Shown piece by piece: positions 1-6,811 of a stretch of 64,000 bases of DNA. Where the stretch lies: the IMG/VR virus record IMGVR_UViG_3300005259_000041; one strand, 5' to 3'. Both the position numbers and the translations under genes were made by a program. The number at the start of each line of letters is the position of its first letter. The stretch's first letter is position 1. Source of the DNA: an uncultured virus (IMG/VR IMGVR_UViG_3300005259_000041). Taxonomy: Duplodnaviria; Heunggongvirae; Uroviricota; Caudoviricetes. The notes under the pieces were generated by a model. That model did not search any database, had not been told where the DNA came from, and saw only the letters and a list, made by a program, of their open reading frames with translations.

Positions 1-58
1 CCGCAAGGTATCACCAGAATAGTGGTAGTTATAGGTTCGAGTCCTATACCCAGGACCA
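1..58 (+). tRNA. 3' part of a tRNA truncated by the window edge; possible GAA (Phe) anticodon in an atypical loop CAGAATA
   Basis: T-arm ATAGG-TTCGAGT-CCTAT, acceptor 3' strand and CCA at 56-58; stem ATCAC/GTGGT at 10-26. Confidence 0.6.
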
Positions 59-62
59 AATA

Positions 63-108
63 AGCCCTCCGATTCTATATTAATACTCAGTCATAGAATC
101 GGAGGGCT
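63..108 (+). promoter_or_regulatory. 16-bp perfect inverted repeat with TATTAATA at the loop and the GGAGG RBS of the ORF at 112 in its right arm
   Basis: AGCCCTCCGATTCTAT (63-78) / ATAGAATCGGAGGGCT (93-108); TATTAATA 78-85; GGAGG 101-105; ATG 112. Confidence 0.75.
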
Positions 109-111
109 ATT

Positions 112-414
112 ATGTCTACTAAGAAACCAGGCCCAGGCACCTTTCCAATGTGGGATAACAGAGTTGTTATTAAGAGGAAGATTTTCTGTTGGACGTGGAA
201 CGTTTCTATTTCTGGCGTGACCGATGTAGTGTTCTCTCAGTTCTCTCTGGCCATGAAGGCTCTTGAGGACCATGGATATAAAGTATATGATATAGATACC
301 TTTCCATATCGCAAGGATGAAATCGGCCAGGTTACTATGGTTGGAACGTTTAAAGTAAAGCGTCATTTCCTTTGGAGAGGCGAAATCCTAGCGACGTATG
401 TTGGAGAGGGCTGA
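112..414 (+). CDS. hypothetical protein (100 aa)
   Basis: GGAGG RBS; TGA/ATG overlap with next gene. Confidence 0.75.
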   Translation: MSTKKPGPGTFPMWDNRVVIKRKIFCWTWNVSISGVTDVVFSQFSLAMKALEDHGYKVYDIDTFPYRKDEIGQVTMVGTFKVKRHFLWRGEILATYVGEG

Positions 415-857
415 TGAAATTAGTCAAGTCTGCGGGTGAAACTAGTGAACAGGGTGAGATGCTTCATTATAAGCCACATCCTGAAACCACTTCCCCTTCC
501 GACTTTAAGAAGACTGTGCTCTGTAAATATGGCCCATACACAGTCTATGCTGTAGACGGAACCTATGTAAGGGATCATTTGGACCAAGATTTCACGACTG
601 GCGGTAATCCAGGCAGATACAAGTTTGTGCCTGAAAATGAAATTTGGGTGGAGACGTATTTGCCGGAGGAAGATAAAGTGGCTTCAGCGGTTCATGAAAT
701 ACAAGAATGTGAAGGTATGAAGAAAAAGCATGAGTCTTATGACGAGGCCCACGATAAAGCTAATGAGTTTGAGCGTAGAGTGCGTGAAGTTTACCGAGCC
801 AAATTAAGCAAGGCGGCGATACTGAATAAGCTTCATTCCTTGTTTAAGGCGACTTGA
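414..857 (+). CDS. hypothetical phage protein with HExxE motif (possible metal-binding/peptidase-like)
   Basis: Start moved to ATG 414 (TGATG coupling); VHEIQE...YDEAH motif. Confidence 0.7.
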   Translation: MKLVKSAGETSEQGEMLHYKPHPETTSPSDFKKTVLCKYGPYTVYAVDGTYVRDHLDQDFTTGGNPGRYKFVPENEIWVETYLPEEDKVASAVHEIQECEGMKKKHESYDEAHDKANEFERRVREVYRAKLSKAAILNKLHSLFKAT

Positions 858-882
858 CTTTTTTCTATTAATATGTTATATT
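854..882 (+). promoter_or_regulatory. sigma70-type promoter with extended -10; TATTAATA in the spacer (866-873)
   Basis: TTGACT 854-859, 17-bp spacer, TG-n-TATATT 877-882. Confidence 0.8.
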
Positions 883-890
883 AGTTGCGA

Positions 891-1048
891 GGACGATGAA
901 CATGTTTGCTAAGGGAACCCCGAAACCACAGACGAGAACATGCCAACGCTATTGCGGTAGGCGTGTACAAAATTTGGGGGTCATGTCCTAAGTATCTGTA
1001 TCGCGGTTCAAAGACAAGGCCCCCGAGATAATCGGGGGTCTTTTATTT
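891..1048 (+). ncRNA. candidate structured small RNA between the promoter and a terminator
   Basis: GGACGATGA/TCATGTCC closing stem, inner CATGTT/AACATG and ACGC/GCGT stems; no ORF in the provided track. Confidence 0.4.
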
Positions 1049-1049
1049 T
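1019..1049 (+). terminator. intrinsic terminator
   Basis: CCCCCGA-GATAA-TCGGGGG followed by TCTTTTATTTT. Confidence 0.7.
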
Positions 1050-1062
1050 AAGGAGAAAATAC

Positions 1063-1137
1063 GCTCTCGTCACCTAACGGCCTGGTAGCAGCCTTTTAAG
1101 CTGACATAAATAGGTTCGACTCCTATCGAGAGCACCA
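1063..1137 (+). tRNA. tRNA-Lys(UUU)
   Basis: GCTCTCG/CGAGAGC acceptor, loop CTTTTAA, T-loop TTCGACT, CCA. Confidence 0.85.
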
Positions 1138-1143
1138 AAATTT

Positions 1144-1218
1144 GCCTCCGTGGCTCAATGTCAGAGCAATCGGCTCTTACCCGATAGGTTCCTGGTTCAA
1201 GTCCAGGCGGTGGCACCA
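1144..1218 (+). tRNA. tRNA-Lys(CUU)
   Basis: ATCGG-CTCTTAC-CCGAT anticodon arm, T-loop TTCAAGT, CCA. Confidence 0.9.
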
Positions 1219-1222
1219 ACAT

Positions 1223-1300
1223 CTCCGTTTAGCTCAGTCTGGCTGGAGCACATGCTTTGGGAGCATGGGGCCGGGGGTTCAAATCCCTCAACGGAGACCA
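1223..1300 (+). tRNA. tRNA-Pro(UGG)
   Basis: CATGC-TTTGGGA-GCATG, T-loop TTCAAAT, CCA. Confidence 0.93.
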
Positions 1301-1303
1301 AAT

Positions 1304-1379
1304 GTCCTTATAGCTCAATGTATAGAGCGTCTGGCTACGGACCAGAAGGTTGGGGGTTAGAGTCCTCCTAGGGACACCA
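1304..1379 (+). tRNA. tRNA-Arg(ACG), T-loop TTAGAGT
   Basis: TCTGG-CTACGGA-CCAGA, full cloverleaf, CCA. Confidence 0.9.
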
Positions 1380-1382
1380 AAT

Positions 1383-1470
1383 GGCGAGGCGGCAGCGACG
1401 GGGAGCTGTAAGTGGCTGTAACCCACTCGTTCTTAGAACTTAGGGAGTTCGAATCTCTCCCTCGCCACCA
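1383..1470 (+). tRNA. tRNA-Tyr(GUA)
   Basis: AGTGG-CTGTAAC-CCACT, long variable arm, T-loop TTCGAAT, CCA. Confidence 0.9.
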
Positions 1471-1473
1471 AAT

Positions 1474-1559
1474 GCCTAGGTCGCCTAGTGCTCGATGGCA
1501 CCGCACTTGTAATGCGGCGACGAAAGTCCACGGGAGTTGAAATCTCCCCCTAGGCTCCA
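1474..1559 (+). tRNA. tRNA-Thr(UGU) with long variable arm, T-loop TTGAAAT
   Basis: GCCTAGG/CCTAGGC acceptor, CCGCA-CTTGTAA-TGCGG, GAC-GAAA-GTC extra arm, CCA. Confidence 0.85.
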
Positions 1560-1561
1560 AT

Positions 1562-1649
1562 GCGGGGCTGGATCATTGGCTGATCACTTGCCTTCCAAGC
1601 AAGCAGGCCGCAGGGCCGTAAGGGAGTTCGATTCTCCTGCCCCGCTCCA
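1562..1649 (+). tRNA. tRNA-Gly(UCC) with long variable arm
   Basis: GCGGGGC/GCCCCGC acceptor, CTTGC-CTTCCAA-GCAAG, GGCC-GCAG-GGCC extra arm, U73, CCA. Confidence 0.85.
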
Positions 1650-1654
1650 TTTGT

Positions 1655-1731
1655 GTACCAGAGGCTGAAGCGTTCGAGGCGCTCGCCTGCAAAGCGAGAT
1701 GAAGTCCGTTGGAGTCGGACCTGGTACTCCA
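1655..1731 (+). tRNA. tRNA-Cys(GCA), T-loop TTGGAGT
   Basis: GTACCAG/CTGGTAC acceptor, CTCGC-CTGCAAA-GCGAG, U73, CCA. Confidence 0.85.
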
Positions 1732-1740
1732 AAAATTTGA

Positions 1741-1817
1741 TGGGGAGTCGCGTAGCGGCCTAGCGCATCGGTCTCTGACACCGACTATCGAGAGTTCGAA
1801 TCTCTCCTCCCCTGCCA
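1741..1817 (+). tRNA. tRNA-Gln(CUG)
   Basis: TCGGT-CTCTGAC-ACCGA, T-loop TTCGAAT, U1-U72 mismatch, G73, CCA. Confidence 0.9.
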
Positions 1818-1818
1818 T

Positions 1819-1893
1819 GCGGGCGTAGCTCAGAAGTAGAGCGTCGCGTTGCCAACGCGAAGGTCGAGATAGCATAATTCTTCGCCCGCTCCA
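1819..1893 (+). tRNA. tRNA-Gly(GCC) with degenerate T-arm
   Basis: GCGGGCG/CGCCCGC acceptor, TCGCG-TTGCCAA-CGCGA, T-arm GAGAT-AGCATAA-TTCTT, D-loop lacks GG, CCA. Confidence 0.8.
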
Positions 1894-1898
1894 AATGT

Positions 1899-1973
1899 TG
1901 ATCCCTGGTGGACCAGAGGACACACCCGGCTTTGACCCGGGAGAACAGGGGCCGGCACCCTGGGGATCTGCCA
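1899..1973 (+). tRNA. tRNA-Gln(UUG), T-loop GCCGGCA
   Basis: CCCGG-CTTTGAC-CCGGG, T-stem CAGGG/CCCTG, U1-U72 mismatch, CCA. Confidence 0.8.
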
Positions 1974-1977
1974 ATTG

Positions 1978-2051
1978 GCCGTGTTAGTTCAGTGACAGAA
2001 TACCTCCTTGGTAAGGAGGGGACGATGGTCTGATTCCATCACATGGCTCCA
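1978..2051 (+). tRNA. tRNA-Thr(GGU), T-loop TCTGATT
   Basis: CCTCC-TTGGTAA-GGAGG, T-stem GATGG/CCATC, CCA. Confidence 0.85.
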
Positions 2052-2069
2052 ACAAAGGGAGGACGGAAA

Positions 2070-2477
2070 ATGAGCTACAAGGATCAGAAGTATAAGGTTG
2101 CAATCATTGGAACGATTGATAGTGATTATTGTTATGAGTGTGGGGGAAACGATGTGGTTGTTGCCTCTATTACTGACTGGGAAGAGTTAACCTGGGTTGA
2201 GGTTGAGGCATTACGGAACGGCCTTAATAGGCTGGGCAATTCCGCTCTACACTATCGCGTAGTCTTTCAGCCTACCGAACAGAAGCAGCTTATTATTGAC
2301 TCTATGGCGAAGGGCAAGAAGATGGCCGAAGCAGCCCTCAAGGCAGCCGCAAAGGACGCCGCTGCCGCTAAGGCTAAGAAAGAAGCCCGTGAAGCCAAGA
2401 AGAAGGCTAAGACTGAAGCCGCTCGCAGGGAAGAGTATGAGCGCCTAAAGGCGGAATTTGAGCAGAATAAGAAGTAA
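2070..2477 (+). CDS. hypothetical protein with Ala/Lys-rich coiled-coil C-terminus
   Basis: GGGAGG RBS before ATG 2070 (the track start 2043 lies inside a tRNA). Confidence 0.8.
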   Translation: MSYKDQKYKVAIIGTIDSDYCYECGGNDVVVASITDWEELTWVEVEALRNGLNRLGNSALHYRVVFQPTEQKQLIIDSMAKGKKMAEAALKAAAKDAAAAKAKKEAREAKKKAKTEAARREEYERLKAEFEQNKK

Positions 2478-2529
2478 GGGCCTGTGCATTGAGCTTCGTC
2501 GCAAGACGGCTTTATGCACAGACGTCCCA
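2478..2529 (+). ncRNA. hairpin RNA GGGCCTGT...AGACGTCCC(A), copy 1
   Basis: CTGTGCAT/ATGCACAG stem, CGTC-GCAA-GACG cap, ends CCA; terminal motif recurs at 3410-3468. Confidence 0.5.
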
Positions 2530-2532
2530 TTT

Positions 2533-2608
2533 GTCCTCATGGCGAAATGTATATCGCAAGAGTTTCCTAAACTCTAGATTGGGGGTTAGAGTCCCTCTGA
2601 GGACACCA
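2533..2608 (+). tRNA. tRNA-Arg(CCU), T-loop TTAGAGT
   Basis: GTCCTCA/TGAGGAC acceptor, AGAGT-TTCCTAA-ACTCT, CCA. Confidence 0.88.
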
Positions 2609-2611
2609 AAT

Positions 2612-2694
2612 GTCAGTGTAGACGAGGTGGTCTTCTAAACCACTATTCGTAATTGGATCTGAAAATGTGGGTTCAAGTCCCACCGCTGACACCA
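2612..2694 (+). tRNA. tRNA-Arg(UCU)-like, lacking a D-arm, with long variable region
   Basis: GTCAGTG/CGCTGAC acceptor, 8-nt linker, GTGGT-CTTCTAA-ACCAC, T-arm GTGGG-TTCAAGT-CCCAC, CCA. Confidence 0.7.
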
Positions 2695-3209
2695 TATGTT
2701 TTATGAAATTTGGCAAAATTAATAGCATGTATCTCATGATGGCAATTGGAACATAAGAGTCTGCATTTATCAAGTTCAGCTTTAATTTAACTGTTAAGTT
2801 TTCGGCTTTTAACTTCTTGTATATTAAATTCCTTTGCTGTTGGGTCTATATGATGAAAACATAAAGCTGCAATGTTTTTATGATAACCACAAATTTCACA
2901 TTTTCCACCTTTATAGTTAACGTAAGATAATTTTGAAAAATATTGACGAAGGTTGGCTGATAATATACAGCATTTTTGACATGGAGATTTATATACTCCA
3001 GCTTGTTTATGAAATTCTTCAATGTTTTTTATTTCTCCACATTTTCCACATTTCTTAGTATTGGGGGGTATGTCTATTATTTTTTTTGTATTATGTCTTT
3101 TGAATGGGCTACATTGTAAACAATATTTTCTGGACGCTAAGTTATGAACTTTTCCATTGATTTTGATATATGTTTTAAATGATTTCGAACATTTTTCACA
3201 TTTTTTCAT
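2673..3209 (-). pseudogene. HNH homing endonuclease interrupted by an in-frame TAA (2787-2789)
   Basis: CxxC clusters and CEICGY..FHHIDP; same frame continues IKAELDKCRLLCSNCHHEIH after the TAA; AT-rich; GGAGG before ATG 3209. Confidence 0.8.
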
Positions 3210-3244
3210 AGAATCCTCCATTAGCTTAAGGGTAGAACTTAAAA

Positions 3245-3252
3245 TATTAATA
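3245..3252 (-). promoter_or_regulatory. TATTAATA motif upstream of the HNH gene
   Basis: Minus-strand context AGCTATTAATATTTTA matches the + strand copy at 6748-6763. Confidence 0.55.
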
Positions 3253-3271
3253 GCTAAGCTAAATTAAAATT

Positions 3272-3348
3272 GCAGGCTTCGTATAGTTGCACTAGTACGC
3301 TAGTTTCGTAAACTAGAAACGAAGGATGGTAGCCTTCAGCCTGCTCCA
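3272..3348 (+). tRNA. tRNA-Thr(CGU), T-loop ATGGTAG
   Basis: GCAGGCT/AGCCTGC acceptor, CTAGT-TTCGTAA-ACTAG, T-stem GAAGG/CCTTC, CCA. Confidence 0.8.
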
Positions 3349-3358
3349 GAGCCTATTG

Positions 3359-3496
3359 CCGAGAAAGCGCTGCCCTCTGACGGTGGAAAGCTTCGGTCTT
3401 AGATGTCTCGGGCCTGTTTGATGGGGCGCGGGCCTTTTAGCCCGAATGTCGCATTGAATAGACGTCCCTAAACGCACGGTGATGAGCCGTGCGTTT
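3359..3496 (+). ncRNA. structured region including copy 2 of the GGGCCTGT...AGACGTCCC hairpin (3410-3468)
   Basis: CCGAGA/TCTCGG, CTGTTTGATG/CATTGAATAG and AAACGCACGG/CCGTGCGTTT stems. Confidence 0.45.
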
Positions 3497-3523
3497 GACT
3501 TTTATGGCCTTTCGTCTTATATT
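3495..3523 (+). promoter_or_regulatory. sigma70-type promoter
   Basis: TTGACT-N17-TATATT, hexamers identical to the promoter at 854. Confidence 0.8.
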
Positions 3524-3562
3524 GTTTCGTGGACAATTGGTCCGCAGAAAAGGATAATTAAA

Positions 3563-5188
3563 ATGGCTATTTCTGATGATGTTGTACTTGATTTAGATGA
3601 AATCGATGAGCCTTGTGAGCCGCCGTGTACTCCGGGCCGAAATCACTCTTCCGATGCTTGTGAGCCCGTGGATCACGTCGGAGCAGTATCTTTAGCTCCC
3701 GGCCTGACCTCCTCTGGTAAGCATATTTCTATGGTGGACTTTGTTCCTACCGTTCTGGGTATTACGAGAGAGGAGCAGTTTCATAACTATCTCAAAGACA
3801 TTAATGACACTACTGATGTTTCCAATTTCGCTAGTCTGGAAACGCAAATTAATTTTTGGCGCGCCTTTGTCAATTCCAGCCGTCTTCAGATTACCTCTTT
3901 CGAGTCTATTAAAGACGGCAATAAAATGATTCTAAGATATCTTATCGATACGAAAACCTTTACCGAAAAGTGTCCCTTCTCTTCGATGACGGTCGATTTG
4001 TATTCCACCAATCTTACTAATATGGCCTACATCAATGATTTTGTGGTGGATAATTATGCCGACGACGAGAATGAGAAGAAGGTGGAGTTTGACGGAGCCA
4101 CTATCCATCCTTTGGGTGTGGATGATTGCACTTCCATCGATTTGGCTTTTGCGAAAATTACTACGTCCGACGGGAAAATCGTATATGTCGGTCATCACGT
4201 AAGTCGCGCTCTAGACCGGGCTGTGGCGAACGATTATCTATGGTTTGATAATCAGGAAGTCGCCCTGAATGTGAGCGACATTATTATCGGCATCTGGAAA
4301 GCCTGTCGTGATAAAGAGCGGACGGTTTGTATCGTAGAGGGTGAGAACGAAGTCGTCCGTGACCAAGAGGGCTTCTTTATGCGCGACACTTATTTGTCCA
4401 TTGTTAATGATATCAAGACGTTTTTGGATTCTAAGTCTCTGTTTCGTGAAGCTGGTATTGCCTACCGTAGAGGGTATTTGATGTATGGTCCTCCCGGCAA
4501 CGGTAAGAGTCAGCTGGCTAGATATCTATTCAATGAGTTTAAAGAGTTTAATTTATATGCCTATTATCATACTGAGCGTCGCAGAGGTGGGTCTGTTGAT
4601 GAGCGCCTAGAGAGAACCTTTGCCATGGCCAGAGATAATGCTCCTAGCTTCTTGCTCCTAGAGGATTTAGACCGTATCGTCAGCCATGGGTCTGCCTCTA
4701 AGGAAGTTATCACCATCGATAGGCTGTTTAATATGATGGATGGCGTCTGCTCTCCTGAAGGTATCGTATTACTTGCCACCTGTAACCACCCAGAGAACCT
4801 TGACATGGCTCTACTTGGTCGCCCTGGCCGATTTGATAGGGTAATCGAAGTCGGGCATCCTGATCGAGCTGAGCGCGAATCTCTTATTGCGTACTTATGT
4901 TCCTGTGGTGAGAAGTATAAGCTTAATGCTAAAGAACATAAGGCCGTGGCGCAGCTTGCCGATGCGACCGAAAACCTTAGCATGGCTTATGTGAAAGAGC
5001 TTTATTCTAGAGCGTTCCTTAAGAGCCTTAATGCTGGCCGTAGAACTCTGCCTATTAGCCCGCTTATTCTTTTGGACCTAGTGCGTGAAATTGTGGATGA
5101 AAGCAGAAATGTAGACGTGATTGCTCGCCGTACTGGATTTCGTACTGGCTATGAAGCTTCCGCTAGGGGTGAGGACCGCACGTCATGA
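3563..5188 (+). CDS. AAA+ ATPase (classical clade, BCS1-like)
   Basis: Walker A GPPGNGKS, Walker B LLLEDLD, SRH RPGRFD; start at ATG 3563 after AAGGA. Confidence 0.9.
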   Translation: MAISDDVVLDLDEIDEPCEPPCTPGRNHSSDACEPVDHVGAVSLAPGLTSSGKHISMVDFVPTVLGITREEQFHNYLKDINDTTDVSNFASLETQINFWRAFVNSSRLQITSFESIKDGNKMILRYLIDTKTFTEKCPFSSMTVDLYSTNLTNMAYINDFVVDNYADDENEKKVEFDGATIHPLGVDDCTSIDLAFAKITTSDGKIVYVGHHVSRALDRAVANDYLWFDNQEVALNVSDIIIGIWKACRDKERTVCIVEGENEVVRDQEGFFMRDTYLSIVNDIKTFLDSKSLFREAGIAYRRGYLMYGPPGNGKSQLARYLFNEFKEFNLYAYYHTERRRGGSVDERLERTFAMARDNAPSFLLLEDLDRIVSHGSASKEVITIDRLFNMMDGVCSPEGIVLLATCNHPENLDMALLGRPGRFDRVIEVGHPDRAERESLIAYLCSCGEKYKLNAKEHKAVAQLADATENLSMAYVKELYSRAFLKSLNAGRRTLPISPLILLDLVREIVDESRNVDVIARRTGFRTGYEASARGEDRTS

Positions 5189-5200
5189 TGAGGAAAGACT

Positions 5201-6748
5201 ATGACTACTTTAATTGTGTTACTGTCCATATGGTGTATTGGGAATCTAGTATTATTGGTGTATTCATTAAATGTCGGTAAGGATGTCGCGCTCCAAAGAG
5301 AACAGCTTATTCAAGAGGGAATAGATCAGTATGATAAACTGCATAAGGAACAAGATGAGTTTCATGAAGAAGAGAAAAAGTTTCATGCTAAGCTTGAGCT
5401 GTTGACGCTTCAAGCTCTTCGCTTATCTGAGCAGGAAAACAATCTTAAATCATATGGGGGCCAGTTAAACAAGGCCAAGTCAGAGTTAATTGACAAGGCT
5501 GGCATTTTAAACGTTAAAGAGCTAGCCTTAGGCGCAAGAGAACAAGACCTGTCCATCAAAGAGGCTTCTCTGGAGCACTTGGCTGAAGAATACAGGGCCA
5601 GGGTTGAGCGTGCCGCTGGTATGTCCTTGTCTGAGGGGAAGGCAATTGTCTTAGCTAGCGCAAAGAAAGAGACCGAGCGTGAAGCTGCGTTGTTTTTACG
5701 TGATGCCAAAGAGGAAGCCCAGCGCCTAGCTGACATAGAGGCACAGAGAATTTTAACTTTAGCTATTGAGCGAGTCGCCATTTCTCAAGCCCCATTGAAG
5801 TTAACTTCTCAGGTGGTGATTGCTGACGAAAACTTCAGGGGAAAGCTTATCGGACATGAAGGTAAGAACATTAGGCTGCTTGAAGAGTTAGCTGGCGTTC
5901 AAGTGCTTACTAATAATGAGGATGCAAAAGTCTTAACAGTGTCAGCCTTCAATCCAATTTCTAGGGAGCTGTGTAGGCGCACTATAGAAGAGTTAGCCTC
6001 CATTAACTTTGTCAATCCCAAGAAGATTAAAGATGTGTATGAAAAACATTCCAATGAGCTAGAAAAAGAAGTTCTTAAAACTGGCAGGGACACATTTAGG
6101 AATTTGGGTTTGTCCATGCCCAATGCCGAAATAGCTAAGCTACTGGGCAAGCTTAAGTATCGTACTTCCTATGGACAAAATGTTCTCAATCATTCTATCG
6201 AAGTTGCTCAGCTTTGTGGTGCTTTAGCCGGAGAGTTGAAGTTGGACGTAAGGCTAGCTAAGAGAGCTGGTCTGTTGCACGATATTGGAAAGGCAATTGA
6301 TATCGAGAAAGAGGGCACTCACCCTGAATTGGGCGGCATCGCCGCTAGGCGGTACGGAGAGCACGAGGTAGTTGTTAATGCCATCGAGAGCCACCATGAA
6401 GACATTGAGGTTATTAATCTTATCTCTATTTTGGTCGCAATTTGTGATGGAATTTCTGGGTCTAGACCTGGAGCCAGAAGAAATAACCTTGCTGATTATG
6501 TGAAAAGAATTGAGGCTTTAGAGGGAATAGCCCTGTCATTCCAAGGGGTTACCCAAGCTACAGCGCTTCAGAGTGGCAGGGATCTGAGGGTGGCCGTTAG
6601 CGCTGATGAGATAGATGACGTTATGTCTGCCCAGTTAGCCAATTCCATTTCTAGGCAAATTCATGACCAAATGGACTATCCCGGCAAAATCAAGGTGACG
6701 GTTATCAGAGAGAAGAGGGTAGCTGTAGTGGCAGGACAGTCACGCTAA
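5201..6748 (+). CDS. rny: ribonuclease Y
   Basis: N-terminal TM helix, coiled coil, KH (GKLIGHEGKNIR), RTSYGQNVLNH, HD motif LLHDIGKA, SRPGARR, YPGKIKVTVIRE. Confidence 0.95.
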   Translation: MTTLIVLLSIWCIGNLVLLVYSLNVGKDVALQREQLIQEGIDQYDKLHKEQDEFHEEEKKFHAKLELLTLQALRLSEQENNLKSYGGQLNKAKSELIDKAGILNVKELALGAREQDLSIKEASLEHLAEEYRARVERAAGMSLSEGKAIVLASAKKETEREAALFLRDAKEEAQRLADIEAQRILTLAIERVAISQAPLKLTSQVVIADENFRGKLIGHEGKNIRLLEELAGVQVLTNNEDAKVLTVSAFNPISRELCRRTIEELASINFVNPKKIKDVYEKHSNELEKEVLKTGRDTFRNLGLSMPNAEIAKLLGKLKYRTSYGQNVLNHSIEVAQLCGALAGELKLDVRLAKRAGLLHDIGKAIDIEKEGTHPELGGIAARRYGEHEVVVNAIESHHEDIEVINLISILVAICDGISGSRPGARRNNLADYVKRIEALEGIALSFQGVTQATALQSGRDLRVAVSADEIDDVMSAQLANSISRQIHDQMDYPGKIKVTVIREKRVAVVAGQSR

Positions 6749-6750
6749 GC

Positions 6751-6758
6751 TATTAATA
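6751..6758 (+). promoter_or_regulatory. TATTAATA putative late promoter at the start of the virion module
   Basis: Recurrent intergenic motif 54 nt before ATG 6812. Confidence 0.6.
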
Positions 6759-6811
6759 TTTTAGGATTTTACGGAGACTTGTGTCTCCAAGCCAGATAGA
6801 AGGAGGATACT

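Noticed and set aside
1142..1974. Short ORFs over the tRNA array
   Set aside because: Fully explained by tandem tRNA genes
3470..3496. TGATGAG loop as a hammerhead ribozyme core
   Set aside because: Lacks CTGATGA and a correctly placed GAAA; forms a simple hairpin
3479..3562. Track start of the AAA ATPase at 3479
   Set aside because: Overlaps a hairpin and the promoter; ATG 3563 has an RBS
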